Shown in pieces: positions 12,470-26,405 of a DNA stretch of 64,000 nt. How positions within the stretch are numbered: the stretch's first letter is position 1; every line of letters begins with the position of its first letter. The stretch is from NCBI RefSeq assembly GCF_018350175.1, contig NC_058368.1, positions 149,732,001-149,796,000 on the forward strand. The letters run 5' to 3'. Source of the DNA: Felis catus. Taxonomy: Eukaryota. A model generated the notes under the pieces. It saw only the letters and a list, made by a program, of their open reading frames with translations. It made no database searches and was not told the DNA's origin. A program made the translations under genes and the position numbers.

Positions 12470-14100
12470 AAGGTTTCATTTATTTCTTCATAAATATTCA
12501 TTGAGAATTTATCTTGTGCCAGACATTGTACTGGATCCCAAAGATATATAATAAAAAAAGACACACTCCTATCTCCATAGAGATCATGGTGAGTACTATG
12601 AAAAGAGATGTAATAAAGAGTAACCATGTACAATGTAGGTATGTCTTGAATGGTCAAGGAGGCATCTCTGGGGAGATGCCATTTAAGCTGAGACCTACAA
12701 AATGAAAATGATCTAGCTATGCAAAATGTTGAGGTACGAGTTTTGTAGGCAAAGAGAACTGGAACTGCAAAGGCAATGGTTCCAGAAAGCACTTGGGGAA
12801 TTTGAGAAATGGAAGTGAGGCTAATAGGATTGGTAGTGACTTTGTAAAGGTAGGAAGAAGCCACATTATACAGTCTTGTAGGCCAGTCCTCAGAAGTATG
12901 AATCTATTTCTGAGAGAGTGAGAAGCCATTGGATGAGTCTAAAGATCATATGACATGGCCTGATTCATGTTTTTAAATAATTCGAATCGCTATGTGAAAA
13001 AATATTTTTGAATAAGAACAAAGAAGAAGGCAAAGAGACCAGTTGAGGAGCTATTTCAAATAGTACAGAAAAGAGATTATGGTGGTTTAATTTAGGACAG
13101 TTGTATAGTTTGAGGGAAGTGGCAAAATCAGATATTTTTGGTGGAAGAAACAAGAGAAATAAATGATGGATTGCATGTGGGGAATTGCAGAAAGAGAAGT
13201 TTTATTTTAAAAATTGATGGGAGAGCCTGGGTGGCTTAGTCAGTTGAGTGTCTGACTCTAGATCTTGGCTCAGGTCATGATCCCATGGTTGGGATTGAGC
13301 CCTGCACTGGGCTCTGCACTGATAGCTTGAGATTCTCTCTCTCCCTCTCTCCACATTTCACTCTCTCTCTCAAAAATAAACAAACTTTAAAAAAGAAAAG
13401 AAAAAATGGTTGAATGATGGTGCCAAATCCCAAGATGAAGGAGAGTAGTGGAAAACTAGATTTGTGAAGAAAGTCACAAGCTCAGTTTTGGACATTGGGC
13501 TGGAAATTCAATTTTGAAAACCATTAGCATATAGAAGGCACTTAAATATGCTACTGAGTGAGATCACTTAAGGAGAAAGTTCCGATAGAATTGAAAAGAG
13601 GGCTCAGTCCTGAGCCTTGGCAAAGAGAAGCAACAACAGTGAGGTAAGAGGAAAACCAAGGGAAGGGAGCCAAGGGAAGAAAAGGTTTCAAAGACTGTGT
13701 GTTTGTCAGTGTCAGATGCTGTCAAGCATCAAGTGAGAGGACAGAGAAGATAGTTCTGGCAATGCAGGAACTATGGGAGACCTTGACAAAAGGAGTTTCA
13801 GCACAGAAGTGGATACGGAAACCACATTAGAATGGGGTGAAGAATTAATTGGAAGTAATGAAGAGCAGTTCAAGTTTATGAACTGAACCAAGTTCAACTT
13901 TATGAGAAAGATACAGAGAACTTGGGCAATACCTGCAAGACAATGTGGGATCAACAGACGTGTGTTTACTTTTTGTTGTTGTTGTTGTTGTTAACATGGG
14001 ACACACTGGGTGGTTTATTGATATGGTCCGGTAGAAATGGTGAGAAGTAGAGGAGCCATATCTGTGAGAAGGCAAGAGGGAGTAAATCCAGAGAGAAGTA
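12470..14100 (-). mobile_element. L2 fragments, interrupted by a SINEC
   Basis: L2 3'-end signature (tattcattgagaatttatcttgtgccagacattg) and purine-rich L2 body. Confidence 0.7.
13219..13406 (+). mobile_element. SINEC (older)
   Basis: Head, (CT)n and A tail. Confidence 0.88.
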
Positions 14101-14877
14101 GGATTTGCATTTGATAGGAGCAGGGTATTTCCTTCACTGCAGCCACCAAAGCACAGGTTCTATTTGGTTAGATTTAGGGTGGGAAGATGAGCGAGTTTGA
14201 TACCTCCTGTTTCTCAGTTAAGCTCAGGGAAGGAGTGTTAAGGATGAAAAGACTTGAAAGTGAAAAGCAAACTTTCTAGGAAGACATACTTGAGTTCTAG
14301 GCAGTATTGAATGGGTGTTTAAAATTTTGTCATGAATTTCAAGTATTATCAGCCAAGTTTTTTCCACCAATGTTCTGCTACTGAAGTGCAGACAAGGAGA
14401 GGGATCTGTAGATTGGAGGTTACAAAGTTGTTAAAGATCTGCAGCAATGAAAGACCAGGATGAGTAAAACTGAATAGGAGGTGATGGTCATAGAGTAGGA
14501 TATTTTAAATAAAGGCTGATTTCTTTCCTGATGATGACAAATTCCAGTGCTCATGAGGGTAGTGGCAAAGGTGGAGCTGAGGAAGAGAGTGAAGAAGGAG
14601 AGGTCAAAGAACAGAGAGGCTAAAGTTTTGTGTATTTCATCCACATGGTTCTTGCAATCACTAAGAACAATGACAGGAATTAAGATGTACAGGAAGGCAG
14701 TGAGTCAGTAGTTGAGTCTTAAATGAATGAGGAAAAATGATTAGGAAGATAGTTAGGAATTACCACCAAAAAGGGATCACAGGTAGTAAAACTATATGGG
14801 AATCTACAGAGTACCTTTTCAGCTTAGTTTATAAGGATATTATCATAAAGACATTGCTGCATGGCTCTATAAAGAAA

Positions 14878-14878
<1 letters not shown>

Positions 14879-14911
<33 letters not shown>

Positions 14912-14930
14912 GTGTATATATATATATATG

Positions 14931-14963
<33 letters not shown>
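14879..14963. repeat. Compound (TA)n(CA)n microsatellite
   Basis: Direct inspection. Confidence 0.95.
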
Positions 14964-14965
<2 letters not shown>

Positions 14966-15004
14966 TTATTTAAATAATAACACTGCCAACAGTAACTGTA
15001 TTCA

Positions 15005-15210
15005 GGGGTTCCTGGGTGGCTCAATTGGTTAAATGTCCAACTCTTGATTTTGGCTCAGGTCATGATCCCAGGGTCATGGGATTGAGCCCCATGTCAGGTT
15101 CTGTGCTGAGCATGGAACCTGCTTAAGATTGTCTCTCTCCCTCTACCTATCTCCCCTGCTCATGCTCTTGTTCTCTCTCTAAAATAAAAAAATTAAAAAT
15201 TAAAAAAAAT
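15005..15210 (+). mobile_element. SINEC
   Basis: Head, (CT)n, A tail; imperfect TSD taactgt(a/c)ttca. Confidence 0.92.
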
Positions 15211-15383
15211 TAACTGTCTTCATTTTTTAAATCACACACGCCTATCAATCAAGAATTTTAAGCATATCCAATATTTACTTATTTAGAAATTATATATATA
15301 TTCTACTCTAAAAATAGTTGTTACAAAAGAAATTTTAAAGGATGAAAATGTATATGAAATAAGCTGTATTTAAAACTACTCTT

Positions 15384-15604
15384 GGGGCGCCTGGGTGGCT
15401 CAGTTGGTTGAGCGTCCAACTTCAGCTCAGGTCATAATCTCATGGTCTGTGAGTTCTAGCCCAGCATCCGGCTCTGTGATGACAGCTCGGAGCCTGGAGT
15501 CTGCTTCAGATTCTGTGTCTCCCTCTTTCTGACCCTTCCCTGCTCACACCTCTGTCTCTCTCTCTCTCTCTCTTTCTCTCAAAGGTAAATAAACATTAAA
15601 AAAA
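15384..15604 (+). mobile_element. SINEC
   Basis: Full-length; TSD aaactactctt. Confidence 0.95.
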
Positions 15605-16604
15605 TATTTGTAAACTACTCTTTCATTTTATCATTAACATTATAAAATCCCTTTGCTGTCACTAGAAAACTATTATTAAACATTTTACAATGGAAAATAG
15701 ATATATATTTTTTAATCCTGATTTTAACTTTGTAACTGAGTGATCTGAAGTTCTGGTACTAATTTTAGTTTATTTCAGTACATGATTTTAATGACTTTCC
15801 AGTCTGAAAAAGAAACCTCACAAAAACACTTAAATCCAAAAGAAAGAAGTATATTGTTAACTCTGTTTACCAAATTCTGATACTTGATTTCTAATCCCAT
15901 CTATCAAATACACAAAAGTTTCCAGTAACTTTGATGTGGTAAGTTTTAATTAACCCTAATGTCAATCAGTTTTCCTAAGCCAATTGAAAGGAATAATATT
16001 TTTGTGTTTGTAACTGGTGAATTTAAAACTCACTGAAATTCTCTATTTGGATAATTTTGAATACGTTGGAAAATTATATTTTAAGTATGCAGGTAAGGGA
16101 GTATTTATAGGTACTGTACTTAATCATTTGCGGGTATGATATCTCATGAAGCTGAAAATTTTGTAAATGTTTATATTCAGAATGTTTCCTCATAACATAA
16201 ATTTCTCTCAAAAATATTACTTTCTTACTAACTACTAAAATACCCTTTTTTTTCCTTTAAGGAACAGATTGAATGTACCTTTCTTTCCCCCCTAAAAACT
16301 GCTTAATAAAATGCACACTTGAAACAACTGTCATTTTGTAATGGAAAGATAATTTACTTATCTTGACTTCACTGGCCCCTGGGGTTTCTGTGCATGTATT
16401 TATTCTAGCAGCCACTGCCGCAAGATACTCTGTGGACCCAATACATATTGGTAAATTCATACAGGTAAAATTAACAGCACCTCTCCTCCAGCCCTGGTAT
16501 TCTTTTTGGACGTTGAAGCGCAAAATGCCACAGGACTGCTCCGTGGTCGCACATGGACAAGCCAGAAGCTCAAGAGAATGAAAGACCCACAGGGTGAACT
16601 TTTA

Positions 16605-17103
16605 TTTTAGTTAGGGTTCTCCAGAGAAAGAGATTAATAGGATATATTATATACATGTGTATAAGTATAATGAGGTTTACTGTAAGATACGGGCTTATGT
16701 GATGTGGAGGCTAGGAAGTTCCATAATCTGCCTTCTGCAAGCTGGAGGACCCAGGAAAGCCACAGGTGTGGTTTGAAATCCTGAGAGCTGGAGAGCCAAG
16801 GATGTAGATTCCAGTCCAAGTGTGAAGGCTTGAGAACCAAGAGCACTGAGAGTGGTGGAAGGTCAGTGTCTCGGTCAGACGAAGGGCAAATTTTACTTTT
16901 CTCTGCCTTTGTGTTACATTCAGACCCTGTGGATTCAAGATAGCGCCCACCCACAATGGGGAGAAAGGTCTGTTTTACTCATTCTACTGATTCAAATGCT
17001 AATTTCTTCCATAAACACCTTCACAGACACACCCAGAATGTTTAACTAGATATCTGAGCATCTGGTGGCCCACTTGAGTTGACAGATAAAATTAACCATC
17101 ACA
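16605..17103 (-). mobile_element. MLT2 (ERVL) solo LTR
   Basis: Termini ttagttagggttctccagagaa and gttgacagataaaattaaccatcaca. Confidence 0.88.
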
Positions 17104-17981
17104 ATCTTTGATTAACAGAAAGGGGACAGAAGATAATTACTTCTCCATTTCTCCTCCCAAGGGACAATGAAGGCAAGAAAAAGTTCTTTATACAGTGTCA
17201 GGGAAGATACATGAGTCTGAGTTGTGACTTTTGATCCTTATGGTGCACACTTAATAATACAATTTGCATTTGCTTTCATCCCCTGCCATACTCCCCTTTT
17301 CTATCACTTCTAGGTCCTGAAGATAGCATTGCCAGATGAGAATGAAACCCAAGCTGATATAAATATTTTTTCCTGAGATAAGGTATAAACCTCTTATTTT
17401 ATAAAATCTGTTCATGGAAACACGTCCTCTAATTATATAATATTTCATGGAATAAAGGAGATATAATCATATGAACAAGTCAAGAATGTATAAACTTCAT
17501 TGTGTGCTAAGATGATTATACACAAATGTGAGTGCCAGTATAAAATCTTCTAACTGTGGGACTCTTTCATCAGCCATACTTCACTACTATGTATGAAGAG
17601 TAAACATCTGACAAAAGGTTGGATTTTAGTTACATCCCTATATCCATATAGGTAAAGTTTGATATCTCCATTTGTCTATTGAATTGACTATGCACCCCTT
17701 CTTGAGGACATACATCTCACTATGGAGACAAGTGTTCTAGAAGCTGTAGTCAATACCTATATTTTAACAATTCCCTCTAAGGTAGTGGTGAAGTCATCAG
17801 ACATCTAAGCCCACAAAGAAGGGGAGAGTTATAGCTCAATAGATGGGAAAATAATATTCATACATTGTGAAAATTAATTTTATTTGCCTCCTGAAAAGAT
17901 AGAAGTCAATACTTCAAAGCAGAGGATCCTTTGCTCAAACAGTATTTAATTTCTCATTTTGCATTTAAAAGTACATTAATT

Positions 17982-18161
17982 GGGGCACCTGGGTTGCTCA
18001 GTCGACGGAGTCTCAAACTTCAGCTCAGGTCATGATTTCAGGGCCCGTGTGTTTGAACCCCACATAGGGCTCTCTGCTGAGCCCACCTTGGATCCTCTGT
18101 CCCCCTCTCTCTCTGCCCCTCCCTTGCTTGCACTCTATCCCCCTCTCTCTCAAAAATAAAT
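17982..18161 (+). mobile_element. SINEC
   Basis: Head, (CT)n and tail. Confidence 0.9.
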
Positions 18162-18398
18162 ATTTTTTATTTAATAACTAATTGTCCATTTTGAGATAAA
18201 TTGCTCTATCATATGTTTGTATATCATCTATCACTAATTTCATACTTTAAGTATAGCTATTAATTTTGAACCTCAATTAAAATATTTGGCATTACACATG
18301 TATTTATCAGGGATTTATTTAAATTATATTTTGTCTAACAGATATGAATCATCTCCTGAAACTCATTTGCATTTTAGCATTTAAATTGATACTTTTCT

Positions 18399-18606
18399 GA
18401 GACACCTGGGTGGCTCTGTCTGTTAAGCCTCAGACTTCAGCTCAGGTCATGATCTCACAGTTTGTGAGTTCAAGCCCCTCGTTGGGCTCTTTGCTGACAG
18501 CCCAGAGCCTGGAGCCTGCTTCAGATTCCGTGTCTCCCTCTCTCTCTGCCCCTCCCCTGCTCATGCTCTGTCTGTCTCTCTCTCTCAAAAATAAACATCA
18601 AAAAAT
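18399..18606 (+). mobile_element. SINEC
   Basis: TSD ttgatacttttct. Confidence 0.93.
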
Positions 18607-19124
18607 TTGATACTTTTCTATTCTATAAAAAGTAATTGTGTTAATCCACAAATTTTAATATTTATTATTATATATACAAACATTATTCTGTAAAATGGGA
18701 AACTTATTATGAATTAATATGTATTTAATTCATAATAAGTTTTGCAAGCACTTGGGGAAAGTTTACCTCAGACAATGGACTAAATTCTAATATCTGCATA
18801 CTGGCTAAAGGTAAAAAAAAATCACAGATGAGGTAAATACTGTTGTTTGAAATTATAATTTAATTACCAATTATAATTAAGTGTATTTAAAAGTTTGATG
18901 TCTAACTTGAAAATAATTGTATGTCAACAGATATTTCAATCATAACCTCCAATTAGCAGAAATATTGCATCAATCTTTTAAAAAATTCCATTTTGTTCAC
19001 TTTACATCCTTCTACTCTGACTCCCCTAATGCAGCCAGTTATAGTATTGCTTTTACTAGTAATAAACTATTTACAATAACATTTATATTAACTCCTCAGG
19101 AAAGATGGTTCCAAATTAGGCCGC

Positions 19125-19700
19125 TCTGTTAACATGGGCTCCCAAGAAAGCACAGCCTGGCAACATCTTATACACTATTATTTTATCATAGATTCCAATC
19201 CCAGGGAAGTAAGAGTAAGAAAAAAAAGGGTGTGAGGCAAGGGTGCTTTAGGAAGCATGCATTATCCAGTTGTCACTGTCTGCTATCAAGCCAAACTGAT
19301 TACTTGTCAAAGAACTATCTTCTGAGAGGTTACGTAAATTACTGTTTCTCAAGACAGTCCATAGGTAGGAAAAGGTAGAAGAATTTACATGCCAGCTCTT
19401 ATTTCCCCTTGAAAAAAAGTTCTCTTGCTGGGAAATCACTCTCCTGGCATTCCAAGTTGGACATGCCTGGGTTTTGAGAGGGTCCTACAGCCTCTCATGA
19501 TTCGGAAGCAACAGGCAAGTCTTGGAGAAGAAGTCAAGAAGCAAATGGCACAGTCATGAGGAAATGTGCTGTTGCATTATAACCCTAAGAGACTGGTTAT
19601 CTAGTTGCAGCACAGGATAGCTTATACAGTGTTAATTACAACAGTGGTGGCTGGGGTAAAATAAGAATGTCTGAGAAAGTACCTAAGAGTTGTCTGATAT
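19125..19700 (-). mobile_element. Degenerate ERVL LTR (LTR16/LTR33-like)
   Basis: gggctcccaagaaagcacagcctg...cccagggaagtaagagt resembles ERVL LTR ends; family uncertain. Confidence 0.45.
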
Positions 19701-20103
19701 AGTCACCAACTGTACACAATTTTTCCCCCTCACTTAAAATTAATTGCAAAATTAACACAGATTTATTACAGAAAAGTTGAATATTGTAGAAAGAAAAAAT
19801 ACAACCAAAAATATAGAACTATTTATATTTTGTTGAATTCTTTCCCAAAATTATAATTTGTCTCTTTTTATTACTCACATGATGGATATCTGACTTTTTC
19901 TAAAATTATATATAATTTATATATAATTATGCATAATGTACATAAGCATACAATCACATTGTAAAATTTCCACACACACACAAAAAAGAAATATATAGAA
20001 TTACAAGTGAAAACTCCGTCTTTACATCTCAAGCTTCTCTGCCCCAAAACCTCACCCTTGTCAGGAATAATAGTTTGATGTAAAATTCTGCCAGACTATT
20101 TCC

Positions 20104-20334
20104 TTTTTTTTTTCTTTTTTATTTTTTTTTTAGGTTTATTTATTTATTTTGAGAGAAAGAAAGACAGAGAGCATACGCGGGGGAGGGGAGAGAGGGTGGG
20201 AGACAGACTCCCTAGCCAGTTCCATGCTCTCAGCCTGGAATCTGACGCAGGGCTCTATCCAATGAGCTGCAAGATTATGACCTGAGCTGAAATCAAGTCA
20301 GACGCTTAACCAACTGAGCCACCCAGGTGCCCCC
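20104..20334 (-). mobile_element. SINEC
   Basis: T tail, (AG) region and reverse head. Confidence 0.93.
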
Positions 20335-20669
20335 AGACCCTTTTCTATGCACACATATACAGTTATATACATATACAAGTATAAATGTAAATACATATAG
20401 ACTATAAATTATATATTTTTATTTTTACATAAGTGGGATTATGTTACAGGTATTGTATTGTGACCTGCATCATACACTTAAGTCTTTCCATGTGATAATA
20501 AATATATGGAAATATGGTAATCTTTTTAAGTTTTCAAGTATTACATAATATGAATACATATGCATTTCAGTCACTTTTTAATGACTATTTCAGTAGTTTT
20601 CATTTTTTCACATTGCAAATAAATTTTTAAACATACATACGTCTTTATACGCATGATCAGTTAACATTA

Positions 20670-20865
20670 TGAGTTCTGGAAATAAATCTGTGTTCTAATC
20701 CCAGCTATGCCACTTCCTCATTGTGTGACCTTGAACAAGTAGAAAACCTCTCTAGTCCTCAGTTTCTTCATTTGTAAAATAAATAATAATAGTATTTCCT
20801 TTATAGGTTATGTTGTGAAATTAGCTGCTGAAGTTTCAGAAAATTCCTACACATAGCAAGCAACC
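20670..20865 (+). mobile_element. MIR
   Basis: aatcccagctatgccactt...tgtgaccttgaacaagt...cctcagtttcttcatttgtaaaat. Confidence 0.85.
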
Positions 20866-22559
20866 AATTCATGTTAACTACTATTATGTGCAAGTTTTTC
20901 TATTGGTGCACTTCCAAAGTGAGATTGATAGCTAAAGGGCATATGCACAATACATTTGTATGGATACTGCCAAAGTACCCTAAAAAAAGGCAACACCAGT
21001 TTTCATTGCCATTAACAAGGTATCAGACTGCCCATGTCCATACACTTACCAACATTGCATATTATTGAACTTAATTTTTGTCAGTTTTATGAGCAAAAAA
21101 GATATTTTATTTTGCATATTTGGTCATTTGTATTGTCATTACTATTCTGTGAATTGCTTTTTTATATCCCTTGCTCATTTTCAAATTGAGTTGTCTCTAT
21201 CTTATTTATCTGTGAGTGCATGTTATATACATAGATATATTTGTGTATATATTATATATTGTATAATATAGATGTATGTATATATAATATACATATTAAA
21301 TTTGATATGTAGAGTGCAAATATTTTTCCATCAGTGCTTTAAGTTTTTAATGGTCTCCTTTTTTTTGCAGAAATTTAAAATTTTATGTACTCAAAACTGC
21401 CAATATTTCCATTATCTGGTTTCTGAGTCTGACTTAGTAGGCATTTCCCTACATAAAGATTATGAAAAATTTTTTCTTCTAATGTATTTAAATTAATTGG
21501 TTTCATTTAATGCTAATTTATCTTGAAATTTTCCTATGTATGGAGTAAGATAGCTTCAGAAGTTTTATTTTCTGTTTCACTGATCTATTCATATATTTAT
21601 GTAACAGTTTAACATTCTATTTTTTCTTCACTATCTCTTTAATTTTTAAAATAATTCTTTTATTTTTATTAAAATGATATGTTTTCAATATAAAAATTTG
21701 AGTAATAAAGAAAATAGACATAAAATGTTACCCCAATTCCCACTGTCAACAAATGTTCATTAAGCACCTCTTTAGTGCCAGCCACTGGTCTAGAAACTGA
21801 AGATCTAGCAGTGAATAAATCCAGTACATTCTCCTGCCTTCATGGTGCTTATATTGTAGAGGCTCATAAATCATATTTTACATTTGGGATAACTATCACC
21901 CCAGACATCCCTTTACACAAATAAACAGGTGAAAAGATAGTGATATAGAAGATGCAATGCTATTATGCAGCTTATTTCAAATATAAATAGTAAAGCTAAT
22001 TTTAATGACATTTTACAAAGATAAAAGGTCCTAATGTGACTAAAAGAATAAACAATGGATAAATGTTTCTTGCTCTCCGAAGATATTAAGGGTTTTTTAA
22101 AAATCACTGTAGCTTAGGAAATTTTATTAAAATCATTGAGTTTGAAGTCATTGTAGGTTGTTTTTAATTTCATGTTGCAATTTTAGTCATTGTTGATTGA
22201 GTCCCTCGTAGTAAACAGAGGAAGCCAGCATGCTTAGAAACTTCCTCCTGTCTCCTTTTCATCACCTCCCAATTCCTATTGGTGTTTACTTCATCAACTT
22301 GAATAATATCTATGCTCTGTCCTCTGACATAATATCCACATTGTTTGCTTTTTGTTTTATATTTAAAGAGATATTACATTCATTAGAGTTCTTTTACCAC
22401 AGTATCCCCACTCCTGAGTTTTATTTTGATTAATTTTTTTGTTTGTCTGTATTGAATTGAACTGCAACTCTTTCCTGGGTCTCCAGCCTACCAGCAGATT
22501 TTGACTTGTCAAGCCTCCATAATCACATAAGCCAACTGCTTTAAAATCTCTCTCGTGCT

Positions 22560-25275
22560 CTACTGTTGAAATATACAGAAATGTATTATTCATTCACCCA
22601 TTAAGGGACAATTAGATTGTTCCCAGTGCTTTTACGATCTATGTAGCAACATGGGCCTTGTGTATGTCTCTTTGTCCACATGTGCAAGATTTACCTATGG
22701 GACATAGGAGTCAATATGGAATTCCCAAATTTTAGAATAAGAACATGTTCACCTTTACTATATATCGACAAATTGCTCACCAAAGTAGTAGTGACAAGGA
22801 GGATTGCATTTAGCGCCAAGTGTAAAAGAACCTAACAACCACAAGTGGTATGTCTGCATTTCTCTTAGAACACTGAGAACACTCTTCATGGCAACAGGAG
22901 AGTTGCCGCAGCTTCAGATCATTTGCTCATTTTTGAGTATAAATCAGAAAGAAGGGTGGACAGGGATAGATACAGACAGCAGAAATTTTCACAGGAACCC
23001 CCCTCAGAATATTTTTCCTTATGTCTCATTGGCCAGAAAAGTTTCATACCGAGCTCCCATGTTCAAGGACAGCTGAGAGAGATGGGTTAAGATGGCCTTG
23101 ATTGAGGTACACTAGTCATGAGCCATCATCTGGAACCCAGCTCTTTTTGTCCTGGACAAAAGTGTGCTTCTGGAGTTTTGGAAGAAAGAGGGATAGATGT
23201 TGGAGAGTCAGCTATCAGTATCTGCTATAGCAGTTGTACAAATTTATGCTATTAGCAGGCTTTCTGGTTTTGTGTTGTGTTGTGTATATGTGTGTGTGTA
23301 TATGTGTGTTACATGCTAACGTGTTAAGGGTTTTTCCCCAGTCCTTCCAAATTTGATCTATCTGTTCTGTGTTATATATTAACCTAGTTGTTCATATTGG
23401 GATTTTCCTGATGCTAAAATACTAAAATAGTTAGGCATTTTTTCTTATGTTTATTAGCCATCTGGGTTTCCTCTTGTGTGAACTATGTTTATGGCTTTGT
23501 CCTCTTTTTCTGTTCTTCGTTTGTCTGAGGAGCTCTTTATATAATCGAGATATGAAGCATTTTATAAGTTGTATACATTATAAATATTTTCTTCTGTCCA
23601 TGACTTACCTTTTAATTTTATTTTGATGTCTTTTATGGAACATAGATTTTTTTTATTTTAATTTATCAAATTGACAATATTTTTGTTTTGTGCCTGGTTT
23701 ATGAAATCCTTCCCTACCTCTGAAGTCATACATAACTTCTCCTTTATTGCTCTAAAAGTTTTAAAGTTTTGTTCTCTTCATTTAAATTTCGTTCATCTAG
23801 AATATATTCTTACACATAGTGTGAGGCAGAGATTTTATGTTTTCCCATGAGGCTAACAATGGTCCCGGCTTCAGATTTGAGGAGTCTGGTCTTTTTGCAC
23901 TGAATTATAATGCCATGCCTGTCATACGCCAAGTTCCTATATATGTGTTTGTGTTTGTTCCTGCCTCTGAGTTTTGTTCTATTGGTCTATTAATTTATTC
24001 CTGAAGTAACAGCACATTTTTATGAATATATATTTGGAATATCAATATCTTATGGGGAAATATCAGTGATACTGATTTATGCATTGCTTGGAATAATGTC
24101 AATTATTATTATTGACACATTGGCATGTGTCACTCTCATTAGCAGCAGGCGTATAGATATTCTATTGATATTGGTACCTTGCTCTTGCATACAGAAACTT
24201 TGCCTAACTCTCATACTAATTCTTATTGTTTGTCTTTAGACATTACTGGATTTTTCTTTGCAATAATCTTCAGACAGTAGGGGCGCCTGGGTGGCCCAGT
24301 CGGTTAAGCGTCCTACTTCGACTCAGGTCATGATCTGGTGGTTTGTGAGTTTGAGCCCCGCGTACGGCTCTGTGCTGACAGCTCGGAGCCTGGAACCTGC
24401 TTCAGATTCTGTGTCTCCCTCTCCCTCTGCCCCTCCCCTGCTCACGCTCTGACTCTCTCTGTCTTTCAATAATAAATGAACGTTAAAAAAAAAACTTAAA
24501 AAATAATAATCTTCAGATAGTAAGTATTTGAGTCTTCCTAATCTATACAACTGTTATTTCTTCCTTATTTTATTTCACTGGTCAGAAACTCCAGGTTAAT
24601 GATGGTTATTGGCATGATTTGCTTGTTCCTACTACCAATAAGAATTTTATAATCCTCAAGAATTCCTGGGATAAAGTATCCTTGACTATAGCCTATTTTT
24701 TAAAATACCTGTTTGATTCAGTTTGTCAATACTTTAAGATATTGGCATGTATACTCATAAGGGAGGATAACCTATAATTTTTCTTTTTTTATTTGTTTTT
24801 CTAGTTTTAGTATCTAGAATACATTAACCATATAAAAACTGCTGTATAATCTGCCTCTTTTTATATTTTTTATCATATTATATTGAAAAGATGGATTTTT
24901 CTGTCCTTTGATGTATTGTTAAAACCTGCCTCTAGAGCTGTCTGGACTTGGTGCCTTTATTTTGGATAGTTTTTTGCCTGCTGATTCAATTTCCATGATT
25001 TCTATATCCTCAGATATAGGTTTACTTTTCTTGAGTTAATTTAGGTAATTTAAATTTGTACAGAAAATTTTCCATTTGAGTTTAAAAATTTATTTTCATA
25101 AAATTTTAATAATTTTCTTATGATTTTTGATATCTGAATTTGTACCATATCTATAATTACTTTATTTTTATTACTAACACTATTTACCGGTGCCTTATCT
25201 GCATTATTGAACAATCTTTCTGAGGATTGTCTATTTTATTACTCTTTGGGGAGAACCAGGTTCTGGTTTATTGAT
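22560..25275 (-). mobile_element. Fragmented old L1 (L1M/L1ME), with MLT1-like and SINEC insertions
   Basis: T-rich antisense L1 motifs (tattcattcacccattaagggacaattagattgtttcccag; gattcagtttgtcaatactttaag). Confidence 0.6.
24280..24500 (+). mobile_element. SINEC (relatively young)
   Basis: CpG-retaining; TSD aataatcttcaga(c/t)agta. Confidence 0.95.
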
Positions 25276-26164
25276 CGATGCAGTTAATCAAGGACTTAAT
25301 CATCTTATTGTGGCACACAATCTTCATCATGTGGTCTCCAAGGCTACCTCAGAATGGGAACAGAAAATGGAGGATGGAGCATATAAAAGGCTTTTATGTA
25401 CCAGGACTAGAAATGGCATAGATCACTTCTGTCCACATGACATCAACCCAACCGTAAGAGATCTGAAAAATGCATTTAAATTTGTTGCGCAGGAAGAACA
25501 GAAGGAAAAAAAAATTTCTATGATCATTTCACTCTTACTTCTACATGAAGAATATACTTGTCTCCTCCCCAGAGAAGACAACAGAAAGTCTCTTCTACTC
25601 AGTTTACTCAACTCACAGTCCACGATATCCAAGGAATGTGCAGTCTACTCCAATATATGAATATTTGGCTTCTTCTGAAATGAAATCCTATGAACTGAAG
25701 ACAACTTATCTTTACCACCACTCCCAAAAACACGCATGCACACATCTAATATAAAATAACATATCATGGACTGAACTAACTATAATAAAAACTCAGATCA
25801 GTAAGGGGGAAAATGGAAAGCATGTAGCAATACCTAGTGCCTAACCATCTTCAACAACAAATTTCCAAAATTACTGCAGAGTAGGAAGAGAGTCTTAAAG
25901 GTCACAAATCAAAAGAGTTAATGTCAGACCTAGAAGTGGCAAATACCTTTTGGACATATTCCAATGGCTAAAAGTCAACTACGTGGTCCCAATAAAGTTA
26001 TAAGAAGCCTATGAAAGTATTTCAGTTGTGTGCTAAAAAATAAGAGGAGAAAATGGATATTGGTCAGCTCCAGAAGTCCCTATCATCATGGTGAATTGAT
26101 CATTTTATAATTAAGTTATCAACTTTTTAACCTTAATAATGATTGCTATGAACTGTTTTTAGTC

Positions 26165-26405
26165 TTTTTTCTTTTTTTTTTTTTGGCATTTTTTTAAAGT
26201 TTATTTATTTATTTTGAGAATGAGAGTGAGAGAGAGAGAGAGCACAAGGGAGGCACAGAGAAAGAGGGTGAGAGAGAGAATTGTAAGTAGTCTTCGCAGT
26301 GCGGACCCAACGCAGGGCTCCAACTCATGAACAAAACTGTGAGATCACTAGCTGAGCCAAAACCAAGATTCGGACACTTAACAGACTGAGCCATCCAGGC
26401 GCCCC
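26165..26405 (-). mobile_element. SINEC
   Basis: T tail, (AG)n and reverse head. Confidence 0.92.

Noticed and set aside
12124..12864. 246-aa minus-strand ORF
   Set aside because: Spans MLT1A and L2 remnants; a chance ORF with no coherent homology.
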